Source: Octopus sinensis
Taxonomy: Eukaryota
Length of the DNA stretch: 64,000 nt
Reading direction: 5' to 3'
Assembly: GCF_006345805.1 (NCBI RefSeq)
Contig: NC_043014.1
Location: 46,624,001 to 46,688,000 of the forward strand
In this document: one piece after another, positions 11,917 through 23,220 of the stretch
Layout: each line of letters opens with the position of its first letter
Numbering within the stretch: position 1 is the stretch's first letter
Made by a program: the position numbers and the translations under genes
Notes under the pieces: model-generated
What the model saw: only the letters and a program-made list of their open reading frames with translations
What the model was told of the DNA's origin: nothing
Database searches by the model: none

Positions 11917-12135
11917 AGGCGGTAAGCTGGCTGAATTGTTAGCGTACGGGACAGAGCTGTTTAGCGGCATTTCGTCTGCCGTTACGTCCTGAGTTCAAAT
12001 TCCGCCGAGGTCGACTTTGCCTTTCGATCCTTTCAGGGTTGATGAAATAAGTACCAGGGGGGAGTGCTGGGGGTCGATTTAATCGATTTACCCCAGCCCC
12101 TAAATTTCAGGCCTTGTGCCTAAAGCAGAAAGGAT
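11917..12135 (+). mobile_element. SINE family M copy just downstream of Piezo exon A stop
   Basis: gaggcggtaagctggctgaattgttagc...ggtcgactttgcctttc...aaatttcaggccttgtg. Confidence 0.85.
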
Positions 12136-12183
12136 TATTACTATTATTATCATTATTATCTATTATTATTATTATTATCATTA

Positions 12184-12221
<38 letters not shown>

Positions 12222-12489
12222 TATCTCAAGCTTTTGCTTGATTGTGCTTTCTATCTAATCAACCCCTCTTTCTGAGTAATTTGCTTTATATCTGTTTGAT
12301 ATTTATATCATTGCTCTACAGTTGTATGTGCATTATTTATTACATATCTCTGCATAATACAGGATTTTTTAATTTTTTATTTTCATAACCCACAAATATA
12401 TTTTGCTTAAAATGTTCCCCAACTTCTTAATAAAAAAAATATTGTTTACCAATGATGTCCGCAGACCTACTTTCACACATTTCTATAGA

Positions 12490-12520
<31 letters not shown>

Positions 12521-13263
12521 CATGCACACCTGTGTACACCTATGTATCTACACTAATTGCAAACATACACACTCACCTACTGGAATAATCTAATGAGTCT
12601 CTGGAGACACACAAAAGATTATCTAACGACATTTTCTGATATTTTAAAAGATAACGAATTGTAAGGATACAAACAGTACACTGATTAATACACACGCGCA
12701 CACACGCACACACACACACACACACACACCCACACACGCACACACACACACACACACATGTATTCATGTACGTTTTTTTGCAAATATCTGTACGTATTTA
12801 TGGTTTTAAATGTATTAGTAAATCTATGTGTGTGAAGGGGGAGTATGCACGCACACACATGCATGTGCACACAGACAGACAGACACATGCATTACATTCA
12901 TGTGGAAACCTTGTTTCACTTTCACTTTCTCAAAACTGTTACAACGAACAAAAAAGATCCCACAAAAACAAAATCGGAAAAATGAACACCAATACCTCCC
13001 CCAACACCTCCACTTTGTATTTATTTGCTGTTTCTAATTTATATTTCAGTATTATCTGTAGCACAAGTATTAATGGCATTATTAGTATTACTACATGTAG
13101 TAGTAGTAGCAGTAGTAATTGTTGTAAAAAAGTGTTTTGAATTTCTAACGAAAATACGAAAATGGCTCAGGATTTTCATAACAACTTAATTGATTTCCTG
13201 CCCTCAACCTTTGCTCCTCTACCAATACTATCTTACTGGAAAACTGTCTAGTACATTGTTTAC

Positions 13264-13299
<36 letters not shown>

Positions 13300-13854
13300 C
13301 TTTCCATCAAAGAAACCATATTGGTATTACTAATATGGATCTGGCAGAGTGATTAACTTTTCTTCTTTTTTCCCGTTTTTTTATTTTTGGTGGTACGGGG
13401 TGGTGGTACGGGGTGGTGGTGCCTATGATTCATGTAGAGCCTTCACTCCCAGGTTGGTGACTGTAGTGGATGTCCAACCTCAACATCTGCGGGAATGTTT
13501 ACTTGTTCCGTGTTCAAACCCCACAAAATGACAACTTTTGTCTTTCATCCTGCTACGGTCGACCAGCTGTACCCCTTTCTTATAAATTTGTGGCCTTCTG
13601 CCAATCTTAGAAATCATTATTATTATTAAGGTGAAGAACTGGCAGAATCGTTAGCATGCTGGGCAAAATGCTTAGCTGCACTTAATCTGTCCTCACGTTC
13701 TGAGTTCAAATTCCACCGAGGTCGACTTTGCCTTTCATTCTTTCGGGGTTGATAAATTAAGAACCAGTGGAGTACTGGGATCGATGTCATCGACTTAACC
13801 CCTCCCCTAAATTTCAGGCCTTTGTGCCTATAATAGAAAGGATTATTATTATTA

Positions 13855-13895
<41 letters not shown>

Positions 13896-13904
13896 TTCCT
13901 TCTT

Positions 13905-13962
13905 TCTTCAAATTTTCTTCCGTTTCTCATCGAGTGTTTTCCGTACACCTAGGGCAGAGAAG

Positions 13963-13965
<3 letters not shown>
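13905..13965 (-). mobile_element. Very short 5'-truncated R4/Dong 3'-end remnant inside an (ATT)n array
   Basis: gagtgttttccgtacacctagggca resembles the reverse complement of the 3' UTR end at about 52380-52410; (ATT)n lies on both sides. Confidence 0.55.
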
Positions 13966-14015
<50 letters not shown>

Positions 14016-15486
14016 AGAGTTCTCATTTCCAAAAGTTTTGTGTCACAAGTAAATATGAGATATACATATCCAGTAGATAACTCTATTTCTGCCTTTCCTA
14101 TAATTGTAACAATTCAGTTTTATGTGAATTTTCAGGGCAGTGGACTGGCAAAATTTTTTAAGCATCCAGCAAAAAATTCCTTACACTATTTATTCCAGCT
14201 CTTTTACATTCTGAGTTCAGCTCATTTTTACCTTTTTTTTTTTACCTTCTGGGATTGCTGTGAGGCAGGGGTGGTGTCTATAAAATTAACCACCAGTTTA
14301 AGTAATGAAGTTGATATGATTGACTGACTGCTTTCTTTCTCTCTCTCTCTCTCTCTTCAAAATTTCTGCTCCCTGTGCCTATGTTAGAAGTGACTACCTT
14401 TAATTACTGCAGTCAGTATGGCCAGTAAATTGTGTTACCTGCAGTTTCCTCTTGATGGCCCTGAGCTCCCATCATTACTCAGCATTGTAAATAGAAAATT
14501 TATGGTTCAGTTTTCTCCGTAAAAGATGAATATACAATTTGAAAACAAAAAGTTTGTGATCAAAACACATTTTTATTTTTGTCTGTTTTTTTTTATAAAC
14601 CTTTTTCATTTAAACGTGTATTTAAAAAAGAAAAAAAAACAAAACAACAACAACACAAAAAACCCCCAAAAAACAAATACATGTTCCTCAGTATTTGCCG
14701 TTTGTTTCTGTCTGTTTATGTAGCTGTATTACTGAATTACTAACCAGAAAAAACTATATTTAGTGTTCTATGTTTTTGTACTTTCTATCATGTGAACCTT
14801 AAATTCTAAATCTGTGTTTTTATATTGAAACCGTTTCCGAATGTGACAGTGTGTCTTATTATCAGTGTTCAATTGAGTACGTCGTCGTTCATTCTGTTTA
14901 CAAAAAGCATTACATGGCAGTCTAAGTTTTCCACGCAACCCCGTATCACAATCCAAAAGTTGATGTCGTAACGTGACACCTTTTTCTGACAACACTTCAG
15001 GAGATACTGGAATGTCTCTTATTTCAATCTGATCTCTGATTATATTTAGGTAAATCAGTTTATTCCAATACCATCCAAAATACTTGTGTCTATCACATGA
15101 ACTTCCTGACCTTCTCAATCAGTTGCTGTGCTTCTAGTACTATTATTTCATACTAACTTTATTATTATTATAAGAATCAAGCTGACGGAATTATTATTGC
15201 ACCAAACAAAATGATTTGTGTGATTTCTTTGGGTGTTTTATATCACGAGTCAAACACAACCATGATTGAGCTGGCAGAATTGTTAGAAATGTTTAATGGC
15301 ATTTCGTCTGTTCTTGCAGTCTGAGTTCAAATTCCACCAAGGTCTACTTTGCCTTTCATCCTTCTGGGGTCAATATAATAACTACTAGTTTGAGAACTGG
15401 GGTCGATGTAATCAACTTACCCCACTGCTTCTCAAACCTGCTGGCCTTGTGCTAAAATGTGAAACCATTATTATTATTGTAATTAC

Positions 15487-15517
<31 letters not shown>

Positions 15518-15822
15518 GATATCGCACAGTATCGTAAGGTTGTTGATTGGCATGTTTCTGTTGATCAGATCGGCTGGAACCCTTGTCATCATAACCAATG
15601 GAATGCCAGTTTAGTACTGCAAAGACACATATATCAGTGGTTTGCTAGATTCTTTATATTGTCCAATGTTTTCTAAAACAGAATACACTCAAAATGATCA
15701 TCTTTTGATAAACACATGTCTTTCCAATATTTGTTTTGATTGGCTGTTGTTGTTTGTTGTAATAATTTTCAGAATATGGTATGTATTTTCTATTCTAATT
15801 TGGCTGTTGTATTTTAAGTAGT

Positions 15823-15841
15823 TTGTATATGTATATATATA

Positions 15842-15888
<47 letters not shown>

Positions 15889-16274
15889 TACATATACATA
15901 TATATATATATACACATATATACATACATATACATATATATATATACATACACATATATATATACATACACATATATACATACATATACATATATATACA
16001 TACATATACATATATATACATACATATACATATATATACATACATATACATATATATACATACATATACATATATATACATATATATATATATATACATA
16101 CATATACATATATATATACACACATATATATATATACATATATATATACACATATATATATATATACACATATATACATATATATACACATATATATTTA
16201 TGTTTATATATATATGTGTGTGTGTGTGTATATATATATGTGTGTATATATATATATATGTGTGTATGTATATA

Positions 16275-16345
<71 letters not shown>
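15823..16345. repeat. (AT)n/(ATAC)n/(GT)n microsatellite
   Basis: Direct inspection. Confidence 0.95.
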
Positions 16346-17178
16346 CTTAATGAAAGCTTTTGTATATTTGTGTTGTTAGTTAATTCCAGCAGTCAGTTGT
16401 ATAAGGAAAGTCCCTGTTGTGGAAATATCTGAGGTGGTGGCCAGCAGAGGTAGAAGTGTGCACCAGTGTGTATCAATTACAGTCACTTCTTTTGACTAAA
16501 CCATCCAATGGCAGTGTGCCAGCATGGGTCGCAGTCCAATGACCGAAGCAATTAAAATGTGGAAGACACATAGAAATTCACAGAATGGGGGGTGATTGCC
16601 ATAACATAAGCACACGGCAAATTACACAAGCTTATAATCTAATTTTTATTATCAGTTGCAACCATTTACATCTCTGACACTTTGCTATGAGTCTGCTAAT
16701 CTCCCAGTAGTGTTTTTCTAAAAAAAAAAACAGAAAAAAACCCCTGAATTTTATTGGTGTTAACATTCCTTTACTGCTGATTGTTTCCAATGAATGGTTT
16801 TTTCTTTTGTTTTTTAAACATTTATTTCTAATTTTATGGGCTTATCCTGTCTTTTCCTGGTTGTATCGTTGTGTTGTTGTTGTTGTTGTTCCTTCTCTGT
16901 ATTCCCTGATATTCATCACCAATTGTTGTTGTTGTTGGATCGAAAAAAAAAACAAAACAAACAACGACAACAACAAAAACCAGATTAAAAGAAAATAATG
17001 AAAGGAAATTATGGATTACTATAAAAACAGTTTTTACATTTTTTTAAAAAAAGAAAATTTTTATTTTGCTTTAAACTTGCCCTACCAACTTACACACACA
17101 CTCACTCACTCACTCACACACACACACACACACACTCACACACACTCACACATACACACACACACACACACACTCTCA

Positions 17179-17225
<47 letters not shown>

Positions 17226-17512
17226 TCACACACACCAGTCCTAATGTGCAGCACGTGCGTCTACAGCCTCACATTTCATCTTGGCAGCCAGTCATATCAA
17301 TAATAATAATAATAATAATAATAATGATAATAATAATAATAATAATCATGCAGAGGACCCTACTTTCTTACTCCCAAAGCCCTTATATCTGTTCAGTCCC
17401 AAACTATTACTACCAAGAGGTGTTAACAATTGACGATGAGAAGATAACGGAAGTTAGATATTGGCCAGTCTTGTACCTCTTGGTAAACTGTGACATTTCT
17501 GGCATCTTTGTG

Positions 17513-17557
<45 letters not shown>

Positions 17558-17561
<4 letters not shown>

Positions 17562-17591
17562 CTGTGATCAAAAGCAAATGCCTAAACAACA

Positions 17592-17645
<54 letters not shown>

Positions 17646-17880
17646 GGTTCAGCAAAAAAATTGCTTTACCAAATGTGGTAAAGCAAATTTTTTTTGTTGA
17701 ACCCTAATTATATAAAGTAATGTTTAAGTTCACTGTAAATGGTCCTTTTAACATACTGAACACTGCTTGGTAAAATTATTAATTAATTAATTAATTTTAC
17801 CCTTTATTATTATATATATATATATATATTATATATATATATAGCCTAGTGTTTAAGCATTTGCCTTTGATCACAGACAA
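17558..17880. mobile_element. Foldback MITE-like element with about 40-bp TIRs and an internal hairpin
   Basis: ttgtctgtgatcaaaagcaaatgcctaaac (17558) is the inverted repeat of gtttaagcatttgcctttgatcacagacaa (to 17880); inner arms at 17641-17671 and 17676-17709. Confidence 0.8.
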
Positions 17881-18827
17881 ATGATCTATCTTCTGTTCAT
17901 ATGTTTAGATTCCATCAGTATTGAGGTGTTTAATTCTGTGTGTGCGTGTGTGTGTGTAAAAAAGTGTGACTGGAATCTATCTTATTTCCTCCTCTTAATT
18001 TCCTTAATTCTTATCCCACGTTTTTCACTCCTCCTTCTATTTGCTAATCTCACCCTTCAATACTATTACTACTACTATTTCTTGCATGAGTTCTTGCCCT
18101 ATACTTGGGTGGAAAGCGGGGGTGGAGTGGGTCGGGGTGTCTTTCCCTGCATTTGTTTTTTTTTTCTCTTTATATTTTCTTCAGCTAAAATATTAAGGTA
18201 CTTCACCCCCAAGTACCCGTTTACTTTATAACAGTTTTCTCTCTGTCTCACACTTTGGAAATGATTGGAGTAATTCCTGAACAGGTATTTAAAAGAAGAA
18301 GAAACAAAAAAAATGAAATGAAATGAAATATTTGCCTTTAAATGTTTGGATGTATGGGGAACATTTTATGGGTTAACAAGAAATATTTTCTGTGTTTTTT
18401 TTTTTGTTTTTTGTTGTCTACATGATTATTGTATTTTTTTTTTTCCTGAAATTATTTTTTTAAATATTTTTTTCTAAATGTCCAAATGGGGAAATGGCTC
18501 ACCATGACATTCTACAACAAAACATGTTTGTATCCAGTGGCAGATGTTTGTATTCTAATTCTTGGACAACGCATCAAAATTTCCTCATTTAACTATATTC
18601 TATTTAACAGAGTTTAATTATGACAGGCTAACACTCTCTCTTTTCTTCAGTTTAACCCACTAGAAACTACATTCTGTTCCCTTTTTTTTTTTCCATGTTA
18701 AAATACACAAGTCTTTAATGACTTATCCAAGAGGAAGTAGAGACTCTAAAACTGGTACTAAGCATTACAAATCTTGTACTGAACGTAAAGAAAAGTTTAG
18801 CTTCAATGTTAACATTTTAGCCTTTTA

Positions 18828-18968
18828 TAAGGTTGTCCCAAAAGTTCGTAAACACTTGCGAAAATTGAATTTTTACTCACCAAGTACTAACAAAAACAAC
18901 AAAAATTATTCCTCAAAATAAAGACCATTATTTTCCAAGACTTTCTACGAACTTTTGGGACAACCTTA
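18828..18968. mobile_element. Tc1/mariner-type MITE
   Basis: TA|taaggttgtcccaaaagttcgta ... tacgaacttttgggacaacctta|TA; TIR resembles that of the mariner at 46658. Confidence 0.85.
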
Positions 18969-19467
18969 TATTTATTTGTTCAGCTTCCTGAGAGAGGAGT
19001 TGATCTTGGTGTCTAACCACTTCAGAACTCAGATCTCGGAGTTGTTCTCTCTTCTTTCATAGCCGTGTTCCTACCAGCTAAGTGAGGTACGGGACAATTT
19101 ATTTAGTATCTTACCAAATTACTGCTGCTTTTGATGCAATACAAACTCAAATTCTGCAACCAACTGACTGGCATTTTATTCCCTTGGCCATTGGGACTTG
19201 TTTTTTTCTTTTCACAATTAATATTCAATATTTTTGATTTTTTTTTTTTTTGATTGATTCTAGTTTCAGCTTATGAGCTGTGGCCATGCTGGGGCACCGC
19301 CTTTTGTTTAATTTTGTTTAATTTTTTTTTTTTTCGTTTTGTTTTTCAATTTTTATATGCTTGAAATTTGTTTTTAGTTTTTCTTATGCTTGTGTGTGTT
19401 TGTGTGTGTGTTTTCTTTTTGCATTCAGGCAATGTTCTTGTCAACCGTAATCTCATCTCTGTTTCAG

Positions 19468-19720
19468 CATAATTGGCCTGTATGTGTCAATGGTGTTTGT
19501 AATCGGACGCTTTGCTCGTATGTTTGTCAGTGAAGTTTCCTTCCGTATCATGTTTATGGAGCTGCCCCGTGTTGACAACATCTTAAAACTCTGCTTGGAC
19601 ATCTACCTTGTTCGCGAATGCTCTGATTTAGGTCTCGAAGAGGAACTGTTTGCTAAGCTTATATTTTTGTACCGCTCACCAGAAACCATGATCCGATGGA
19701 CTAAACCAAAATATGACTGA
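19468..19720 (+). CDS. Piezo: Piezo channel terminal coding exon B (second inner helix + C-terminal domain)
   Basis: Acceptor ctctgtttcag|C with branch-like ccgtaat; same phase 2 as exon A. Translation (G)IIGLYVSMVFVIGRFARMFVSEVSFRIMFMELPRVDNILKLCLDIYLVRECSDLGLEEELFAKLIFLYRSPETMIRWTKPKYD*. Intact and carries the Piezo signature AKLIFLYRSPET. Confidence 0.96.
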
Positions 19721-19829
19721 AATATCCTCCCACAACATCCTTTCACTGCTCTCTCTCTACTCAAGAGGTCTCTCTACACTATTTTGTTTTACGAGATAAA
19801 TGTATATACTCTGTATTTATTTCACGAAA

Positions 19830-20461
19830 TATATGTATATAATATATACTTATACATACCCTCAAACTCCATACACTGTAAAAGTTATGTAAAAATTCTG
19901 AAAATTGTAAGGTTGTATACTTTGATATTAAGAAGATGCAGGTTCAATTTCAGACCCATTCTCTTAACATTTTTTTTTTCTGTTTGTTTTAAACATACAC
20001 ACTCTCACTGTGTGTGTGTGCGTGTGTGTACACAAACATACATACATACATACATGGATTGATTGATTGATAGATAGATAAATAGATGATTAATTCAATA
20101 ATTGTTATATTTAAATTAGCTATTTCTGAACTAAAATATATGTATATAATATATACTTATACATACCTTCAAACTCCATACACTGAAAAAGTTATGTAAA
20201 AATTCTGAAAATTGTAAGGTTGTATACTTTGATATTAAGAAGATGCAGGTTCAATTTCAGACTCATTCTCTTAACATTTTTTTTTCTATTTATTAGTGAT
20301 TTATATGTTTTAAACATACACACTCTCACACTGTGTGTGTGTGTGTACACAAACAGACAGACATAGATACATACATACATACATGGATTGATTGATTGAT
20401 AGATAAATAGATGATTAATTCAATAATTGTTATATTTAAATTAGCTATTTCTAAACTAAAA
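19830..20461. repeat. About 307-bp tandem duplication downstream of Piezo exon B
   Basis: tatatgtatataatatatacttatacatacc at 19830 and 20137; copies colinear to ...ttagctatttct(g/a)aactaaaa. Confidence 0.9.
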
Positions 20462-20620
20462 GGGAAGAATAAGAAGTGTGTTTCTACTTTGATGTAGCTG
20501 TTGTGGTTTAAGTACTGGTCAATGTGGATCAAGTAGAACTATAAACAAAGGCATTCCAGTTGCGTGACCATCCTCCCTCTGACTTAGTATATCCAAGATT
20601 ACTCTAATTAAATATATTAA

Positions 20621-20839
20621 CCCTTTAGTGTTCAGATTATTCTATCAAACATAATGCTTATTGATTCCCATTGATTTGAATTAATTATGCATTGTCTCAT
20701 ATCTTCAAGATCTTGATGTTGTAATTACTTAATGTAGAATAACATTGTAGGGTAGGTGTGAGAGCCTGGATCTGGTCAGTTTGAACATAAAACAGATTAA
20801 ATATTTTGGCCGGATATGACCGGTTTAAATACTAAAGGG
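20621..20839. mobile_element. piggyBac-type MITE
   Basis: TTAA|ccctttagtgttcagatta ... aatactaaaggg|TTAA. Confidence 0.85.
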
Positions 20840-21024
20840 TTAAATATATTCTTCCTTTGATTTAGGAAGGGAGACTGTGAATCGAGGAAAGAAATTGGCT
20901 TCTATTTCTAGAGACTGCAGCATGTATGTAGTTGGTGCTTGACCCTTAAATGTAATGTTGCAGATACAGATTATCCCTTAAGCATTATATCTGTATTTAT
21001 AAAATGATAAATAAAAGGGACAAG

Positions 21025-21340
21025 TGGTTTGGGTATTCGGTTCATGATCGTAAGGTTGTGAGTTCAATTCCTGGTGGCGTGTTGCATCCTTGAGCAAGAC
21101 ACTTTATTTCACATTACTCCGGTCCACTCTTCTGGCAGAAAATCAGTAGTACCTCTATTTCAAAGGGGCCAGCCTTGTCGCATGACTTCTGAGTCATGCT
21201 GAATCTCCCTGAGAACTACATGAATGGTCCGCATGTCTGTGGAATATTCAGCCACTTGCACTTTAATTTCATGAACTACCATGTTTCTGTTGATCAGATC
21301 GGCTGGAACCTTTGTCATCGTAACCAATGGAGTGCCTGTT
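21025..21340 (+). mobile_element. Degenerate tRNA-derived SINE (family T-like)
   Basis: tRNA-like head remnant, ccttgagcaagacac box and family T tail; flanked by ataaataaaag(g/t)gacaagt direct repeats. Confidence 0.7.
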
Positions 21341-22429
21341 TAGTACTGCAAAGACACATATATCAGTATTTATAAACCGATAAATAAAAGTGACAAGTCA
21401 GATATTTAAAATATACGGATGAGAGTGGCAAAAGTTGAGAGATTGGAATCAATGCGTCAGGCATTGACCAGGAAGGATAGATTTGATTTCATTGATTCTT
21501 TTAGTTTTGTAGTAGTTTCTCATTTGACACACACGCATACACACACACAGTTGTTAGAATATATTGTAATTATAAAATGAAAATTTTTTTTTTTTTTTAA
21601 GCTGTAAAGCTGAAACTGCCATCTTGTTTTTTTTTTTTAACATTCTTGAGTTATTTTGACTGTTGTTTTGAAAGTGAAGTGTTGTTCATTTTCATTTTCT
21701 GCTGAGAACATAAGTCTGAAACCCCGTCATAGTTCTTCCCATATCAACATCACTTTATCTCTCTCATACTGGGCGACTCCAACCACTTTGTCATATTCTC
21801 CAAACACCACTCCCCCCCTGGCAAAAGATGGAGTTTATTACAGTCGTAACTTCAATGTTTAATGGGGGGGGGTTTATAATCTGTCTTATTGTTTGAGATG
21901 GTAACTACATATGTGTGTGTGTGTCTTCATTATCCTTTCCAACGTTTCCTTAGCAACAGTATTAGTGAGTAGGGGCTTGAAGCATGTGTGTGTGTGTGTG
22001 TGTGTGTGTGAAATAAAATGGAAAATCTTTAAAGTGTTTGACAGAATGTCATTGTTTTACTGTCTGAGAGAAAAATGTCAGATGTGAGTCAATATACTTT
22101 TTCTCTTAAAGAAGCCACTTTTCTACATTTTGAGAGGTAATGGATGGCTTGAGGTACAAATGAAAAACTAGGATAAAAAATTTATTCCCTGTAAATGTCC
22201 TTCTGTTCCCAGTAATGATTTTATATTCATATTTACTGGACCACAGCTCCCTACAACATTCATGGTTATTGTTCCCTCTTCAGACAACAATGTTAGATCT
22301 GTTGTGTGTTTATTCCAGATACATATTTTATTGGTGGGATTTGCAATTTCTTATTTTAAGTATATGAATAAATTGCATGTCTGTGATATCTATGGGGGGA
22401 GGTGAAGGAGGACTGTGACATTGCGGTGT

Positions 22430-23220
22430 CAAGGCGGCGAGTTGGCAGAATCGTTAGCACGCCGGGCAAAATGCATAACAGCATTTCATCTGTCTTTATG
22501 TTCTGAGTTCAAATTCCGCCGAGGTCGACTTTGCCTTTCATCCTTTCGGGGTTGATAAATTAAGTACCAGTTATGCACTGGGGGTCGATATAATCGACTT
22601 AATCACTTTGTCTGTCCTTGTTTGTCTCCTCTGTGTTTAGCCCCTTGTGGGTAGTAAAGAAATAGGTATTTCGTCTGCTGTTACGTTCTGAGTTCAAATT
22701 CCGCCGAGGTCGACTTTGCCTTTCATCCTTTCAGGGTTGATAAATTAAGTACCTGTTATGCACTGGGGTCAATGTAATTGACTTAATACCTATGTCTGTC
22801 CTTGTTTGTCTCCTCTGTGTTTAGCCCCTTGTGGGTAGTAAAGAAATAGGTATTTCGTCTGCTGTGTTACGTTCTGAGTTCAAATTCCGCCGAGGTCGAC
22901 TTGCCTTTCATCCTTCAGGGTTGATAAATAAGTACCTGTTATGCACTGGGGTCAATGTAATTGACTTAATACCTATGTCTGTCCTTGTTTGTCTCCTCTG
23001 TGTTTAGCCCCTTGTGGGTAGTAAAGAAATAGGTATTTCGTCTGTGTACGTTCTGAGTTCAAATTCCGCCGAGGTCGACTTTGCCTTTCATCCTTTCAGG
23101 GTTGATAAATTAAGTACCTGTTATGCACTGGGGTCAATGTAATTGACTTAATACCTATGTCTGTCCTTGTTTGTCTCCTCTGTGTTTAGCCCCTGGTGGG
23201 TAGTAAAGAAATAGGTATTT
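22430..23220 (+). mobile_element. SINE family M tandem array (full copy plus 3 repeats of about 183 bp)
   Basis: aggtattt junctions at about 22665, 22849, 23032 and 23214. Confidence 0.9.

Noticed and set aside
14768-15118. 116-aa minus-strand ORF between the Piezo exons
   Set aside because: No Piezo or other recognisable motif on either strand.
22430-23220. Regularly spaced repeats superficially like a CRISPR array
   Set aside because: The units are whole SINE bodies without unique spacers, in eukaryotic DNA with no cas genes.
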